Shown: piece after piece, positions 14,157 to 23,822 of the stretch | Layout: the number at the start of each line of letters is the position of its first letter | Numbering within the stretch: position 1 is the first letter of the stretch | Source: Serratia marcescens | GTDB lineage: Bacteria; Pseudomonadota; Gammaproteobacteria; Enterobacterales; Enterobacteriaceae | DNA: 32,000 nucleotides | Direction: 5' to 3' | Assembly (NCBI GenBank): GCA_015548865.1 | Contig: JADMXW010000031.1 | Location: forward strand, 1-32,000 | Made by a program: the position numbers and the translations under genes | Notes under the pieces: generated by a model | Database searches by the model: none | The model's input: the letters and a program-made list of their open reading frames with translations, nothing else | Told to the model about the DNA's origin: nothing

Positions 14157-14369
14157 ATGACAAAGAGTGAAAGAGAAACGCTGCAAATCATTCATCGCTA
14201 TCTTGAGGACGGGTACGGATACCTGTCTGACGGTAGGGTGATGTCCGGAATTGAACGCACAGAAAAGGCCCTAACGGCATTAATCGCGCTCATCTATAGC
14301 GATGATGGACCAGAAATTAACAATCGAAATGCTTATCTAAAGTGGGTCTCTCCGGATCAGAGTAAATGA
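14157..14369 (+). CDS. Hypothetical protein
   Basis: MTKSERETLQIIHRYLEDGYGYLSDGRVMSGIERTEKALTALIALIYSDD...; adjacent to the KilA-N stop. Confidence 0.65.
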   Translation: MTKSERETLQIIHRYLEDGYGYLSDGRVMSGIERTEKALTALIALIYSDDGPEINNRNAYLKWVSPDQSK

Positions 14370-14516
14370 CGAAATCCAGAGCATTCTCCCGAGAGTGCTC
14401 GATATTTCATTCAGTAGCGCCACTCCCGTCGCAGTCCTGCTGTGTTAGCCAAGACCTGACCTCTCCTTACAGTTAGCGCACACCGGGAATCAATAACGGT
14501 GATATACCGCGTTTCT

Positions 14517-14537
14517 CCGCATTGCAGTGCGGGTTTT
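14517..14537 (+). terminator. Putative rho-independent terminator
   Basis: CCGCA-TTGCAG-TGCGG-GTTTTT. Confidence 0.6.
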
Positions 14538-14690
14538 TCGCTCATGGCAGTCTAACCGGAACTGTGGTAGGCGAATCCGGGTGCAATACAGAGCCTTTCC
14601 ACTGAGAAGGCTCGATATTGCAGATGAAAATAAAATCAGGTGTGAAATATCACGGCTGAGTATCAGGTGGAAAAGAGGAATATTCTGTTT

Positions 14691-15203
14691 ATGGCAAAAC
14701 CAGATTGGGAGGCCATCGAATCTGCTTACCGTGCTGGTTCGTTGTCTATCCGCTCAATAGCGGAAAAGCACGGTGTAAGCCATGTTGGAATACAGAAGCG
14801 AGCCGCAAAAGAGGGCTGGCAAAGAGATTTAACTGACGCTGTAAGAACGGCAACTAAAGCTAAAGTTTCCAAGTCTGTTACCAAAGAGAGTTACCAGCAA
14901 TCAGCGGTAACTGATGCCCAGATTGTTGACCAAGCATCTGATGAAGCAGCGGCGGTCATTCTTGCTCACCGTGAAGGTTTGGCGGCATGGCGCGGCATAA
15001 CCAACAAGCTACGCACTTTTCTTGATGACGCCGAAATCACAGAAGACAATCACGCAGCAATGGCCCGTTCAATTACGGCTGGTGTTGATGCTCAAATCAA
15101 AGTCATCAAGGCAGAACGCGAAGCCTACAACATCGATAGCGGCGAGAAGAACACGACCACAGACAGCCTTTCTGACCTGATGGATGATTTAGCGAAGGGG
15201 TGA
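14691..15203 (+). CDS. Terminase small subunit
   Basis: HTH-like MAKPDWEAIESAYRAGSLSIRSIAEKHGVSHVGIQKRAAKEGW; directly upstream of TerL. Confidence 0.85.
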   Translation: MAKPDWEAIESAYRAGSLSIRSIAEKHGVSHVGIQKRAAKEGWQRDLTDAVRTATKAKVSKSVTKESYQQSAVTDAQIVDQASDEAAAVILAHREGLAAWRGITNKLRTFLDDAEITEDNHAAMARSITAGVDAQIKVIKAEREAYNIDSGEKNTTTDSLSDLMDDLAKG

Positions 15204-16690
15204 TCATGAAGCCGGAACATCTCGCACTACTGCGTGACAAGCTCTGGCGGTTAAATCATCTCTACTGGATCACCGACAAGCAGGGTAAACCGGTGCGGTT
15301 CAAGATGACGCCGGAACAGCTTGAATATTTCGAGAACATGCATACCCGCAATATCATTTTGAAAGCGCGTCAGCTTGGTTTTACTACTGAGGTGTGCATT
15401 ATCCAGCTTGACGCGGCCTTGTTTGAGGCTGCCCGCTGCGCACTTATCGCTCACACACTGAATGACGCGAAGCGCCTGTTCAGAGAGAAAATAAAGTACG
15501 CCTATGACCGGCTGCCAGATGAAATAAAAGCGGCTAACCCGGCAAATAATGATGCTGCTGGCGAGTTGGTGTTTAAAAAAGGCGGATCGCTCTACATAAG
15601 CACGTCATTTCGTGGCGGCACACTGCGTTATCTGCATGTTTCAGAGTTCGGCAAGATATGCGCTAAGTTCCCGGATAAAGCCCGTGAAATCGTTACTGGT
15701 GCCTTTGAGGCGGTATCCACTGATTGCTTCACCACGATTGAGAGCACAGCAGAAGGTAGAGCGGGATACTTTTTCGATTACTGCCAGTCGGCAGAAAAAG
15801 CACAGATGCAGAGTAAGCGGTTATCCAACCTTGACTGGAAATTCTTTTTCTTCTCCTGGTGGAAAAATCCCCTGTATGCAATTGACCCCGTTGAGCCATT
15901 ACCACAGCGCCTGATTGATTATTTTGCCGAGATTGAGGCAAAGCATGGCGTAGTGGTAAATGATCGCCAAAAGTCTTGGTATCACGCCAAAGAGAAAACC
16001 CTTGGCGATGATATGAAGCGGGAATATCCGTCAATCCCTGCTGAGGCATTTCAACAATCTGTTGAAGGTGCTTACTACGCTAAACAATTCCGCTGGCTCT
16101 ATGAGAATAAGCGGATCGGCGCACTGCCTGATAACTCACACCTCCCGGTTCATACCTTTTGGGATATCGGCGTGGGTGACTCTACGGCAATCTGGTTCGT
16201 TCGTATCGTCGGTGAAGAGTTCCACATCATCGACTATTACGAGAACAGCGGCGAGGGATTGCGGCATTACATGAAAGTGCTGAAAGACAAGGGGTACTCC
16301 TACGGTGAGCACTGGGGGCCGCACGATATCGACAATCGCGAGTTTGGCAGCGACGCAAAGTCACGCCGGGAAATTGCTCGTGAAGGTTATGAAATAGACG
16401 GTAATAAATATTCTCTCCGCTTTGAGGTGGTTCCGAAAGAGTCCGTTGACACTGGGATTGAATCGGTACGTGAAATCCTCAAGCAATGCGTGTTTGACGA
16501 AAACAAATGCGCGGATGGCATTAACGCACTCGAAGGTTATCGAAAAGAGTGGGATGAAAAGCGCGGATGCTGGAAGGATAAACCGCTTCACGATTGGACA
16601 TCTCACGGATCTGACGCATTCCGTTATTTCGCCGTCACCAAAAACAACCGCAGAAAGCCAACCGGAACAGTAACCAAACTTCGGATGTAA
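15200..16690 (+). CDS. Terminase large subunit
   Basis: TRNIILKARQLGFTTEVCIIQLDAA (ATPase) ... HTFWDIGVGDSTAIWFV (nuclease). Confidence 0.93.
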   Translation: MIMKPEHLALLRDKLWRLNHLYWITDKQGKPVRFKMTPEQLEYFENMHTRNIILKARQLGFTTEVCIIQLDAALFEAARCALIAHTLNDAKRLFREKIKYAYDRLPDEIKAANPANNDAAGELVFKKGGSLYISTSFRGGTLRYLHVSEFGKICAKFPDKAREIVTGAFEAVSTDCFTTIESTAEGRAGYFFDYCQSAEKAQMQSKRLSNLDWKFFFFSWWKNPLYAIDPVEPLPQRLIDYFAEIEAKHGVVVNDRQKSWYHAKEKTLGDDMKREYPSIPAEAFQQSVEGAYYAKQFRWLYENKRIGALPDNSHLPVHTFWDIGVGDSTAIWFVRIVGEEFHIIDYYENSGEGLRHYMKVLKDKGYSYGEHWGPHDIDNREFGSDAKSRREIAREGYEIDGNKYSLRFEVVPKESVDTGIESVREILKQCVFDENKCADGINALEGYRKEWDEKRGCWKDKPLHDWTSHGSDAFRYFAVTKNNRRKPTGTVTKLRM

Positions 16691-16695
16691 TCGCC

Positions 16696-18102
16696 ATGCC
16701 TGATATTTCAACACCCAATCTTGACTATAACGATATGGTCGAGGCGTGGGATATTAACGATGCGCTGATGGGCGGCACGTTATACATGCGTCAGCTTGCT
16801 GAGATTCATCTTCCGCGCTGGCCCAATGAAGATAAAGAAGCATATAAACAGCGGCTGAAAGTTGCGACGCTACTACCTGCGTATGAAGAGACGATCAATC
16901 AGAACATCGGGCGCGTACTTGCTGAGCCTATCCGGTTTAGTGAGACGATGCCTGAGCAGATTATCGAGCTGAACCAAAATATTGATCTCGAAGGAACGCG
17001 CTTAGATGTCTGGGCGCAGCAGTTCTTTAGCATCGCGTTTCAATACGGCCTGGCTCATGCGCTGGTCGATTACCCACGCGTTGACGCTAGCGCGGTAAAG
17101 ACTAAAGCAGATGAGAAAACGAGTGGTGCGCGTCCGTATGTGACCATGCTTAACCCGCGTCAGGTGATCGGCTGGAGGTCGAACGTTGTCGGCGGGAAAG
17201 TGATCCTCACTGAATTGCGTATCAAAGAGGTCATTGTCGTTGACGGTGATGATTTCGGGCAGACCAAAGTAGAGCAGATCCGCCACATTCAGCCGGGACT
17301 AGTGACGATTTACCGGAAGAGCAAAGGCAATGATGGCGAAAGCGCATGGTCGATGCATGAAGAATGGACGACATCTCGGCAGGATATCACGCTGGTTACG
17401 CTCTACACGAAGCGCACCGGGTTTATGCGTGGCTCTCCACCGTTGCTGAATCTGGCACTACTGAACATCAAGCACTGGCAAAGTCAGAGCGAACAGGACA
17501 ACATTCTTCATGTTGCTCGCGTGCCGATACTGGTTACTTACGGGCTGGAAACAGGGCAAGCGTTAACCATTGGCGCATCCTCTGCTACCAATTTCAGCAA
17601 CAAAGATACTCAGGGCGTCGAATATGCAGAGCATACAGGGTCTGCAATAGGCGCTGGTAAAACCTCCATCGAAGACCTTGAGCAGCAAATGCGTCAGGCG
17701 GGCGCGAAGCTGTTACGTGCAGAAAACACTTCCACCAAATCCGTCGATCAGACCAACGAAGAGAAGATGCAGGAGAATTCGCCACTCTACACAATGGCGC
17801 AGTCTCTTGAGGATGCTCTCGACAACATCATGCAGATTATTGCTGATTGGATCGGGCTGCCAGATGGCGGCAACGTCGATGTGCGTACTGAGCTTGATGT
17901 TGCTGAACAGACGTTTAACGCGCCTGCCGCGCTTGCTATTCAATCGTTGCGCCAAGGTGGTGATATTCGTCAGGTGGACGCAGTAAGAGCGCTGCAAACG
18001 CTGAAAATCATTGACCCGGATGTTAAGCTGGAAGTGGTGATCGACGAATTGAATAATCCACCGGTAACGCTGGCAGGTGGCAATAATGGCAACGGTCAAT
18101 GA
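16696..18102 (+). CDS. Portal protein (DUF4055-type)
   Basis: Position after TerL, length, and motifs such as LPAYEETINQNIGRVLAEPI...PPLLNLALLNIKHWQSQSEQDNILHVARVPIL. Confidence 0.88.
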   Translation: MPDISTPNLDYNDMVEAWDINDALMGGTLYMRQLAEIHLPRWPNEDKEAYKQRLKVATLLPAYEETINQNIGRVLAEPIRFSETMPEQIIELNQNIDLEGTRLDVWAQQFFSIAFQYGLAHALVDYPRVDASAVKTKADEKTSGARPYVTMLNPRQVIGWRSNVVGGKVILTELRIKEVIVVDGDDFGQTKVEQIRHIQPGLVTIYRKSKGNDGESAWSMHEEWTTSRQDITLVTLYTKRTGFMRGSPPLLNLALLNIKHWQSQSEQDNILHVARVPILVTYGLETGQALTIGASSATNFSNKDTQGVEYAEHTGSAIGAGKTSIEDLEQQMRQAGAKLLRAENTSTKSVDQTNEEKMQENSPLYTMAQSLEDALDNIMQIIADWIGLPDGGNVDVRTELDVAEQTFNAPAALAIQSLRQGGDIRQVDAVRALQTLKIIDPDVKLEVVIDELNNPPVTLAGGNNGNGQ

Positions 18103-19198
18103 ACGGCTGCGTGACGAGAGCATTGCGCATGCTATCTGGGTAAGTCGATATAGCACGGGCGTAGCAAAGAGGATGGTTAAAATCCTCAATGAGAGCGATG
18201 CAGAGCTTACCGCGCGTCTGATAGTGGCGATGGATGAGCTTAGCCCTGACAGCTTCACGGTGACGCGGCTAGAGGCGTTGTTGTCCAGTGTCAGGGCGAC
18301 AAATAAGCAGGCCGTCGAAGCAATGCGCGTCAATCTGGCGGGTGAACTGCTTTCACTGGCGCAGCACGAAGCTGGTTATCAGCTAAGTCTGTTTCAGCAT
18401 CTGCTACCTGATGTCGTACTTGCTCATCATCCGCTAGTGGGTATCAGCGCCGATGCAGTTTATGCCGCAGCGATGTCCCAGCCGTTTCAAGGTCGCTTAC
18501 TCAGTGAGTGGGCAAGCAATCTCGAAGCAGATCGGCTTAACCGCATCACTAACACTGTGCGGCAAGGTTTCTTGCTGGGCGATACCACCGAGCAGATAGC
18601 GCGGAAGGTGCGCGGTCATGCTAACCGGGGATATGAGGACGGAGCGTTACAACTAAGTCGCAGTAATGCGGCGAGTATCGCAAAGACCGCTGTAGGCCAT
18701 ATGGCAGCAACGGCGCGTACCAGCTTTACGGACGCCAATAGCGACATTCTCAAAGGTAAACAGTGGCTATCAACGCTTGATAATCGCACAACACATCTAT
18801 GCATGGTTCGTGATCGGCTGAAATACACGCTGGACAATAAGCCGATAGGTCACAAAGTGCCGTACCTGCAAGGCCCCGGCAAGATTCATTTTTGCTGCCG
18901 AAGCATAGAAACTTACATCCTGAAATCTGCCGAAGAATTGGGTATCGACGTTCGTGAGATACCAGTGGGTACACGCGCCAGCATGGACGGGCAAGTAGCA
19001 GGCGACACGGCATATTCAGAATGGCTACAACGCCAATCATTCGATCGACAAGCGCAAATCGTCGGCGAGAAGCGTGCAATCCTGATGCGTGACGGCGGTA
19101 TGTCACCGGATGAGTTCTACACGGACAGGGGCGAATGGCTGACGCTTGAACAACTGAAACAACGAGACGAGCAGGCATTTAAAGACGCTGGCTTGTAA
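18077..19198 (+). CDS. Head morphogenesis protein (SPP1 gp7/MuF-like)
   Basis: GFLLGDTTEQIARKVRG...TAVGHMAATARTSFTDAN...WLSTLDNRTTHLCMVRDRL...PYLQGPGKIHFCCRS. Confidence 0.9.
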   Translation: MAIMATVNERLRDESIAHAIWVSRYSTGVAKRMVKILNESDAELTARLIVAMDELSPDSFTVTRLEALLSSVRATNKQAVEAMRVNLAGELLSLAQHEAGYQLSLFQHLLPDVVLAHHPLVGISADAVYAAAMSQPFQGRLLSEWASNLEADRLNRITNTVRQGFLLGDTTEQIARKVRGHANRGYEDGALQLSRSNAASIAKTAVGHMAATARTSFTDANSDILKGKQWLSTLDNRTTHLCMVRDRLKYTLDNKPIGHKVPYLQGPGKIHFCCRSIETYILKSAEELGIDVREIPVGTRASMDGQVAGDTAYSEWLQRQSFDRQAQIVGEKRAILMRDGGMSPDEFYTDRGEWLTLEQLKQRDEQAFKDAGL

Positions 19199-19216
19199 CG
19201 AAACCAAAACCAACAC

Positions 19217-19238
19217 GGTCGCTTAGGCGGCCTTTTTT
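19217..19238 (+). terminator. Intra-late-operon terminator
   Basis: GGTCGC-TTAG-GCGGCC-TTTTTT. Confidence 0.6.
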
Positions 19239-19300
19239 ATGGCCGCAATTCGGATGATGAGCGGCGAACGGTCGGATGACCAACCCACACAGGTATCACT

Positions 19301-20065
19301 ATGAAACTCAAAATCGTAGAAGTGAACGGCCAGAAACTGGCGGCAATCGATGACAAAGGCAACCCGATTTACGTGCATGATGACGGTAAAGAAATCGGCT
19401 TTGACGCGGCTCAGGCTGTCGGCAAGATTTCCGCGTTAAACGGTGAGGCTAAATCACATCGCGAAGCAAAAGAGGCGGCAGAAGCAAGCCTGTCGAAATT
19501 TGCCAACATCACCGACCCAGCGAAGGCGCTCGAAGCGCTGGAAATGATGACCAAGATTGACCAGAAGAAGCTTATCGACGCTGGTGCGGTTGACCAAGTG
19601 AAGGCCGAAATCACCAAATCGTTTCAGGCTCAACTTGATGAGGCTGGAAAGCAGAATAAGACCCTGCAAGACCAGCTCTATAACGAGATGATTGGCGGGC
19701 GTTTCGCTGGCTCAAAATTCATCACCGACAAGTTGGCTATCCCGGCTGACTTTGTGCAGGCCCGGTTTGGTCAGTCCTTCAAGATTGAAGATGGGAAAGT
19801 TGTTGCCTATGACGGCAGCGGTAGCAAAGTTTATTCCCGCTCGAAACCGGGTGAAATTGCAGGGTTTGATGAGGCGCTTGAGTTCCTTGTCGAACAATAC
19901 CCGCAGAAAGATTACATCCTGAAATCATCCGGTAACTCAGGTGGCGACTCACGCCAGACACAGCATCAGGCTGGACAAAAAACAATGAAGCGGGCGGCAT
20001 TCGCACAGCTTTCTCCAGCAGACGCCGCACAAGCAATGAAAGACAAAATCACCATCGTAGATTAA
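19301..20065 (+). CDS. Putative capsid scaffolding protein
   Basis: Charged, helical, Q/K/E/A-rich and located between MuF and coat. Confidence 0.75.
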   Translation: MKLKIVEVNGQKLAAIDDKGNPIYVHDDGKEIGFDAAQAVGKISALNGEAKSHREAKEAAEASLSKFANITDPAKALEALEMMTKIDQKKLIDAGAVDQVKAEITKSFQAQLDEAGKQNKTLQDQLYNEMIGGRFAGSKFITDKLAIPADFVQARFGQSFKIEDGKVVAYDGSGSKVYSRSKPGEIAGFDEALEFLVEQYPQKDYILKSSGNSGGDSRQTQHQAGQKTMKRAAFAQLSPADAAQAMKDKITIVD

Positions 20066-20161
20066 CCGCATTCTTGCCGGTGCCTGGAAAGGGATCGGTG
20101 CCAAGGCTGGATAGCCCAATCAATAAAACCATCCCTTACCAGATACAGGAATTAATATCTT

Positions 20162-21301
20162 ATGAATACCTTAACTGACCTCATCCCCGATCTCTATGAG
20201 GCTCTTGATGTTGTATCCCGCGAACTGACCGGCTTTATCCCTGCCGTTAACCGTAACAGCAATGTTGAGCGTGCGGCGCTGGGCCAATCAGTGCGTGTAC
20301 CTGTCACCAACCAAGCTACCGCAGCAAACAACACCCCCGGCGTTACAGCGCCTGATTCCGGTGATGCTGTGGTAGACAACGTTGAAGTGACTATCTCCAA
20401 ATCAAAACACGTCCCGGTGCGCTGGAACGGCGAAGAAACTCGCGGTTTGCAAAATGCTGGCACCTTCTCAACCATTCAGGCAGATCGCTTCTACCAAGCT
20501 ATGCGCACGCTGGTGAATGAAATTGAAAGCGACCTTTGGCTGGAAGGTTATAAGAACGCATCTCGCGCTTATGGCACCGCAGGCACCACTCCTTTCGGCA
20601 CTGCTGCTGATATGACCGACTTTGCTGGGGTGCTCCGCATTCTGGAAGAAAACGGCTCGCCGCGTACCGATCTGCAATTAGTGCTTGGGCATGCGGCTAT
20701 TGGCAACCTGCGCGGCAAGCAATCCGGCTTGTTCAAGGTTAACGAGGCTGGTTCTTCTGACATGCTGCGTAATGGTATGACTGATCGCATTATGGGCATG
20801 GCTATCCGCCATTCTGACCCCATTGCGCAGGTCACTAAGGGCACCGGCGCAAGCTATGTCACTAACGGCACCTTTGCTGTGGGCGCTAATAACATCGCGC
20901 TTGATACCGGCTCTGGCACCATCCTTGCTGGTGATGTCCTGACCTTTACCGGGGACACCAATAAGTACGTTGCAAACTCCGCGCTCGCGGCTGGCAGCCT
21001 GCTTATCGGCAAACCGGGCCTGCAACTGGCGCTTGCTGATGGTGTGGAGGCTACTGTTGGCAATAGCTACACGCCAAACGTCGCGTTTGCGCGTTCAGCT
21101 ATCGTACTGGCAACCCGTGCACCTGCCATGCCAAACGGTGGTGATGCTGCTGATGATGTGATGTCCATCACTGACCCTGTTACCGGGCTGTCCTTCGAAA
21201 TTGCTGTGTATCGTCAGTTCTTGCAAACGGTATTCCATGTCCGTTTGGCATGGGGATTCCGTGCGATTAAACCTGACCATATCGCCCTGTTGATGGGGTA
21301 A
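20162..21301 (+). CDS. Major capsid protein (P22 coat-like family)
   Basis: Length, position and RSSNVERAALGQSV-type start followed by ITDPVTGLSFEIAVYRQFLQTVFHVRLAWGFRAIKPDHIALLMG C-terminus. Confidence 0.82.
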   Translation: MNTLTDLIPDLYEALDVVSRELTGFIPAVNRNSNVERAALGQSVRVPVTNQATAANNTPGVTAPDSGDAVVDNVEVTISKSKHVPVRWNGEETRGLQNAGTFSTIQADRFYQAMRTLVNEIESDLWLEGYKNASRAYGTAGTTPFGTAADMTDFAGVLRILEENGSPRTDLQLVLGHAAIGNLRGKQSGLFKVNEAGSSDMLRNGMTDRIMGMAIRHSDPIAQVTKGTGASYVTNGTFAVGANNIALDTGSGTILAGDVLTFTGDTNKYVANSALAAGSLLIGKPGLQLALADGVEATVGNSYTPNVAFARSAIVLATRAPAMPNGGDAADDVMSITDPVTGLSFEIAVYRQFLQTVFHVRLAWGFRAIKPDHIALLMG

Positions 21302-21316
21302 TAGCAGACCAACCAT

Positions 21317-21338
21317 AAAGGGGCTTCGGCCCCTTTCT
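21317..21338 (+). terminator. Strong UUCG-tetraloop hairpin after coat gene
   Basis: AAAGGGGC-TTCG-GCCCCTTT. Confidence 0.7.
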
Positions 21339-21352
21339 TACTGGAGAGAGTC

Positions 21353-21535
21353 ATGGCTGGATTAACCAAAGAACAACGCGAAGCGAAAAAGCTTGCAGCC
21401 GCAGCCGCTGAACAGCAGGAGTTGATCGTCATGGTGAACGAATACCCGGCTTTCCCCGGTGCACCCACTGAGGCCAATGTTCACGCTGACGAGGTGGAAA
21501 ACTGGAAGGCGCACGGCTGGAAAGTTAAGGAGTAA
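21353..21535 (+). CDS. Hypothetical late protein
   Basis: 60-aa ORF with GGAGAG SD in late operon. Confidence 0.7.
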   Translation: MAGLTKEQREAKKLAAAAAEQQELIVMVNEYPAFPGAPTEANVHADEVENWKAHGWKVKE

Positions 21536-21538
21536 GCG

Positions 21539-21931
21539 ATGACGACCTTTATCACCGTTGCTGACGTTGACGAACTGCTAGGTGCTGACTGGACGGCTGA
21601 CGATAAGAAAGCCAAAGCCGTGCTGATGGCTAACGCATGGCTAACCGGGTTAAATCTGCGCGCATGCCCTGATGAAATCCCGGCAGATGTGAAACTGGCA
21701 GGTGCTTATGCAGCGCTTGCGGCGGCTAATGGTGGGCTTTACCAGCAGCAAACCGATTCCGGTGTGGTAACGAGCAATTCAGTAGATGCAGATGGCGTGA
21801 GTGTTTCGAAAACGTTCGCTGAACTGGCGACCAATAGCACTGCATTACTCAACTCTGATTTGCAGTTGGCCTTGGCGCTACTGCGTCCGTATGGTGCCAA
21901 TCCGTCACAGATTCGCGTCGTGAGAGGGTGA
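21539..21931 (+). CDS. Head-tail connector-like protein
   Basis: MTTFITVADVDELLGADW...VLMANAWLTGLNL pattern typical of gp6-like/DnaT-like connector annotations. Confidence 0.65.
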   Translation: MTTFITVADVDELLGADWTADDKKAKAVLMANAWLTGLNLRACPDEIPADVKLAGAYAALAAANGGLYQQQTDSGVVTSNSVDADGVSVSKTFAELATNSTALLNSDLQLALALLRPYGANPSQIRVVRG

Positions 21932-21932
21932 T

Positions 21933-22187
21933 ATGAGTGACCTAAAAGTAGTGCCATTCAGAAAGTCACCACACAAAGAAGCCAGCAAAGAAACCGTTAT
22001 TCGACTTCTGGAAGATGCCTTAGAACATGCGCGTAACGGTGAATGCCATAGCGTGGCGTTAGTGCTAATGGATGATGACGGTAACGTTTTGGACTGCTGG
22101 CATAACGGCGGGCGTCCCTATGTCATGGTCGGTGCAGTGGAATCTCTTAAAAGTGATTTCATCAACGCCAACATTGAGCGGAGGTAA
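21933..22187 (+). CDS. Hypothetical protein
   Basis: ORF in late operon with coherent composition. Confidence 0.65.
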   Translation: MSDLKVVPFRKSPHKEASKETVIRLLEDALEHARNGECHSVALVLMDDDGNVLDCWHNGGRPYVMVGAVESLKSDFINANIERR

Positions 22188-22195
22188 GGGGGAGC

Positions 22196-22429
22196 ATGCA
22201 AAATCAAGATGTGCATTATGCTGGTGACGGGCTGGGCCCTCGCGATGTGTATGTGAATGGAAACCCGATCAACCAGGTCATTTACGCAAACCCTGCAAAG
22301 GGTGTTGTAGAGTTTGTTCCGCTCCCGCTGCGGGTTAAGCGCAACGGCGAAATTTATACCCGCAAACTCCATGGTGCTGTGATCGTTAAACCTCAGCAGC
22401 GTATTGGTGGGTGCAATGGGAATTCGTGA
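22196..22429 (+). CDS. Hypothetical protein
   Basis: Packed ORF in head-tail joining region. Confidence 0.65.
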   Translation: MQNQDVHYAGDGLGPRDVYVNGNPINQVIYANPAKGVVEFVPLPLRVKRNGEIYTRKLHGAVIVKPQQRIGGCNGNS

Positions 22430-22799
22430 CGAGCTACAGACCGAAATCGCCGCTGCTTTCAGTAGTGACCTTGCCGACGCCGTAAACGACTTCACCGGAT
22501 CCTATGTGGTTCAAACCGGATGGGATCCGGTTACAGAAACTGGCGGCGAAACGACCGTGACGTATACCGGGCGCGGTGTGCTGTCTCGCTACAAGCTAAA
22601 TCGCATTGACGGCGTAAACATCCTGCATGGTGACATAAAGCTAACCGCTCTCGTTAATGAGGTGACGGATAAGCCAAAGGTTGACCACATCATCACGGCA
22701 CCAGACCTGATTACCGGGACGCAGCAGCGATACAAGGTGATCACCGCAGGAACTGACCCGGCGCAGGCTACGTATTCAATCCAGTTGCGGAGGGCGTGA
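22416..22799 (+). CDS. Putative head-closure/tail-attachment protein
   Basis: MGIRDELQTEIAAAFSSDLADAVNDFTGSY...; position between connector and gp10-like gene. Confidence 0.6.
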   Translation: MGIRDELQTEIAAAFSSDLADAVNDFTGSYVVQTGWDPVTETGGETTVTYTGRGVLSRYKLNRIDGVNILHGDIKLTALVNEVTDKPKVDHIITAPDLITGTQQRYKVITAGTDPAQATYSIQLRRA

Positions 22800-22800
22800 C

Positions 22801-23433
22801 ATGGCTAAGGGTTGGGATTTAGACCCAGAATTATTCGCAGGAATGATTGAGGATGATGTAGGGAAAAAGCAGCGTGCTATTGCAATTCAATTGCTTAATG
22901 AGGTCGTGCTTAAGTCTCCAGTTGGCAATCCTGAATTATGGGCCATAAACAGCACGCAGGTTAGGCAGCGCGATAGGGTTAACGACATTAACGAGGCTAT
23001 GCGGAATAGCGATCAATTTGGTCATGTCGATAAAAATGGGAATCGCAGAATCAAACGCGGGAATAAGGTCACCTTGGCAAGCGCTGTATACAGCAGTAAT
23101 ACCGGGAGATTTGGCCCACAACGCATACGCAAGCTAAGTCGCGGACAGGGTGAGATATATCGACCAGCGGATTACCGAGCGGGAACTTTTCGCGCATCTC
23201 ATTTTGTCAGCGTTGGCTCCCCAAGCGATTACGTACCAAGCGAGCCGGATCCGAATGGTGCTACAACCATAAACAACGGTACATCAACAATTCTCGCGGC
23301 ACCGAACTATTCGGTTATCTATATACAATCGAACTTACCTTATTCCGTTCCTCTCGAAAATGGACACTCAAAACAAGCGCCGGCAGGCGTTTACGCTGTC
23401 TCATTCAATAGTGTAACGCAGGCATACAAATGA
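22801..23433 (+). CDS. Putative tail completion/HK97 gp10-like protein
   Basis: SPVGNPELWA...NLPYSVPLENGHSKQAPAGVYAVS. Confidence 0.72.
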   Translation: MAKGWDLDPELFAGMIEDDVGKKQRAIAIQLLNEVVLKSPVGNPELWAINSTQVRQRDRVNDINEAMRNSDQFGHVDKNGNRRIKRGNKVTLASAVYSSNTGRFGPQRIRKLSRGQGEIYRPADYRAGTFRASHFVSVGSPSDYVPSEPDPNGATTINNGTSTILAAPNYSVIYIQSNLPYSVPLENGHSKQAPAGVYAVSFNSVTQAYK

Positions 23434-23822
23434 CCCTTACAGAAATTCGTAATGCTGTCATCACCAGAATGACGGCGCAGACTGCTATTGCCGCAAGCGC
23501 AGTAAGTTATCCCAACGGGGCCACATTCGACCCAACCGGGAAAGCCATCTGGGCGAGATTAACCAACATACCCGGTCAGGCTGGTGCAAATGAAATCGGC
23601 GCTGGCCCGGTGGTTCACCGCACTGGAATTGTCATTATTCAGCTATTCGTCCCTGCTGGTTCAGGCTCGAAGCTGATCACCCAAACCGCCGACCAAATCC
23701 GCGCGCTATTCGAGTTTCAAGACGATGGCGCATTGAGCTATTTCTCCGTCTCTGCGTATGACTCTGGCGAAGCTGACGGTTGGGCGCAAATGAATTTAAA
23801 CATCCCTTACCGGGCGCTGTAA
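23430..23822 (+). CDS. Putative tail terminator (DUF4128-like)
   Basis: Position and RLTNIPGQ...IIQLFVPAGSGSKLITQTADQIRALFEF. Confidence 0.72.
   Translation: MTLTEIRNAVITRMTAQTAIAASAVSYPNGATFDPTGKAIWARLTNIPGQAGANEIGAGPVVHRTGIVIIQLFVPAGSGSKLITQTADQIRALFEFQDDGALSYFSVSAYDSGEADGWAQMNLNIPYRAL

Noticed and set aside
17713-18333. Long minus-strand ORF (206 aa) opposite portal/muF
   Set aside because: Antisense to two well-supported late genes; composition looks like a shadow frame.
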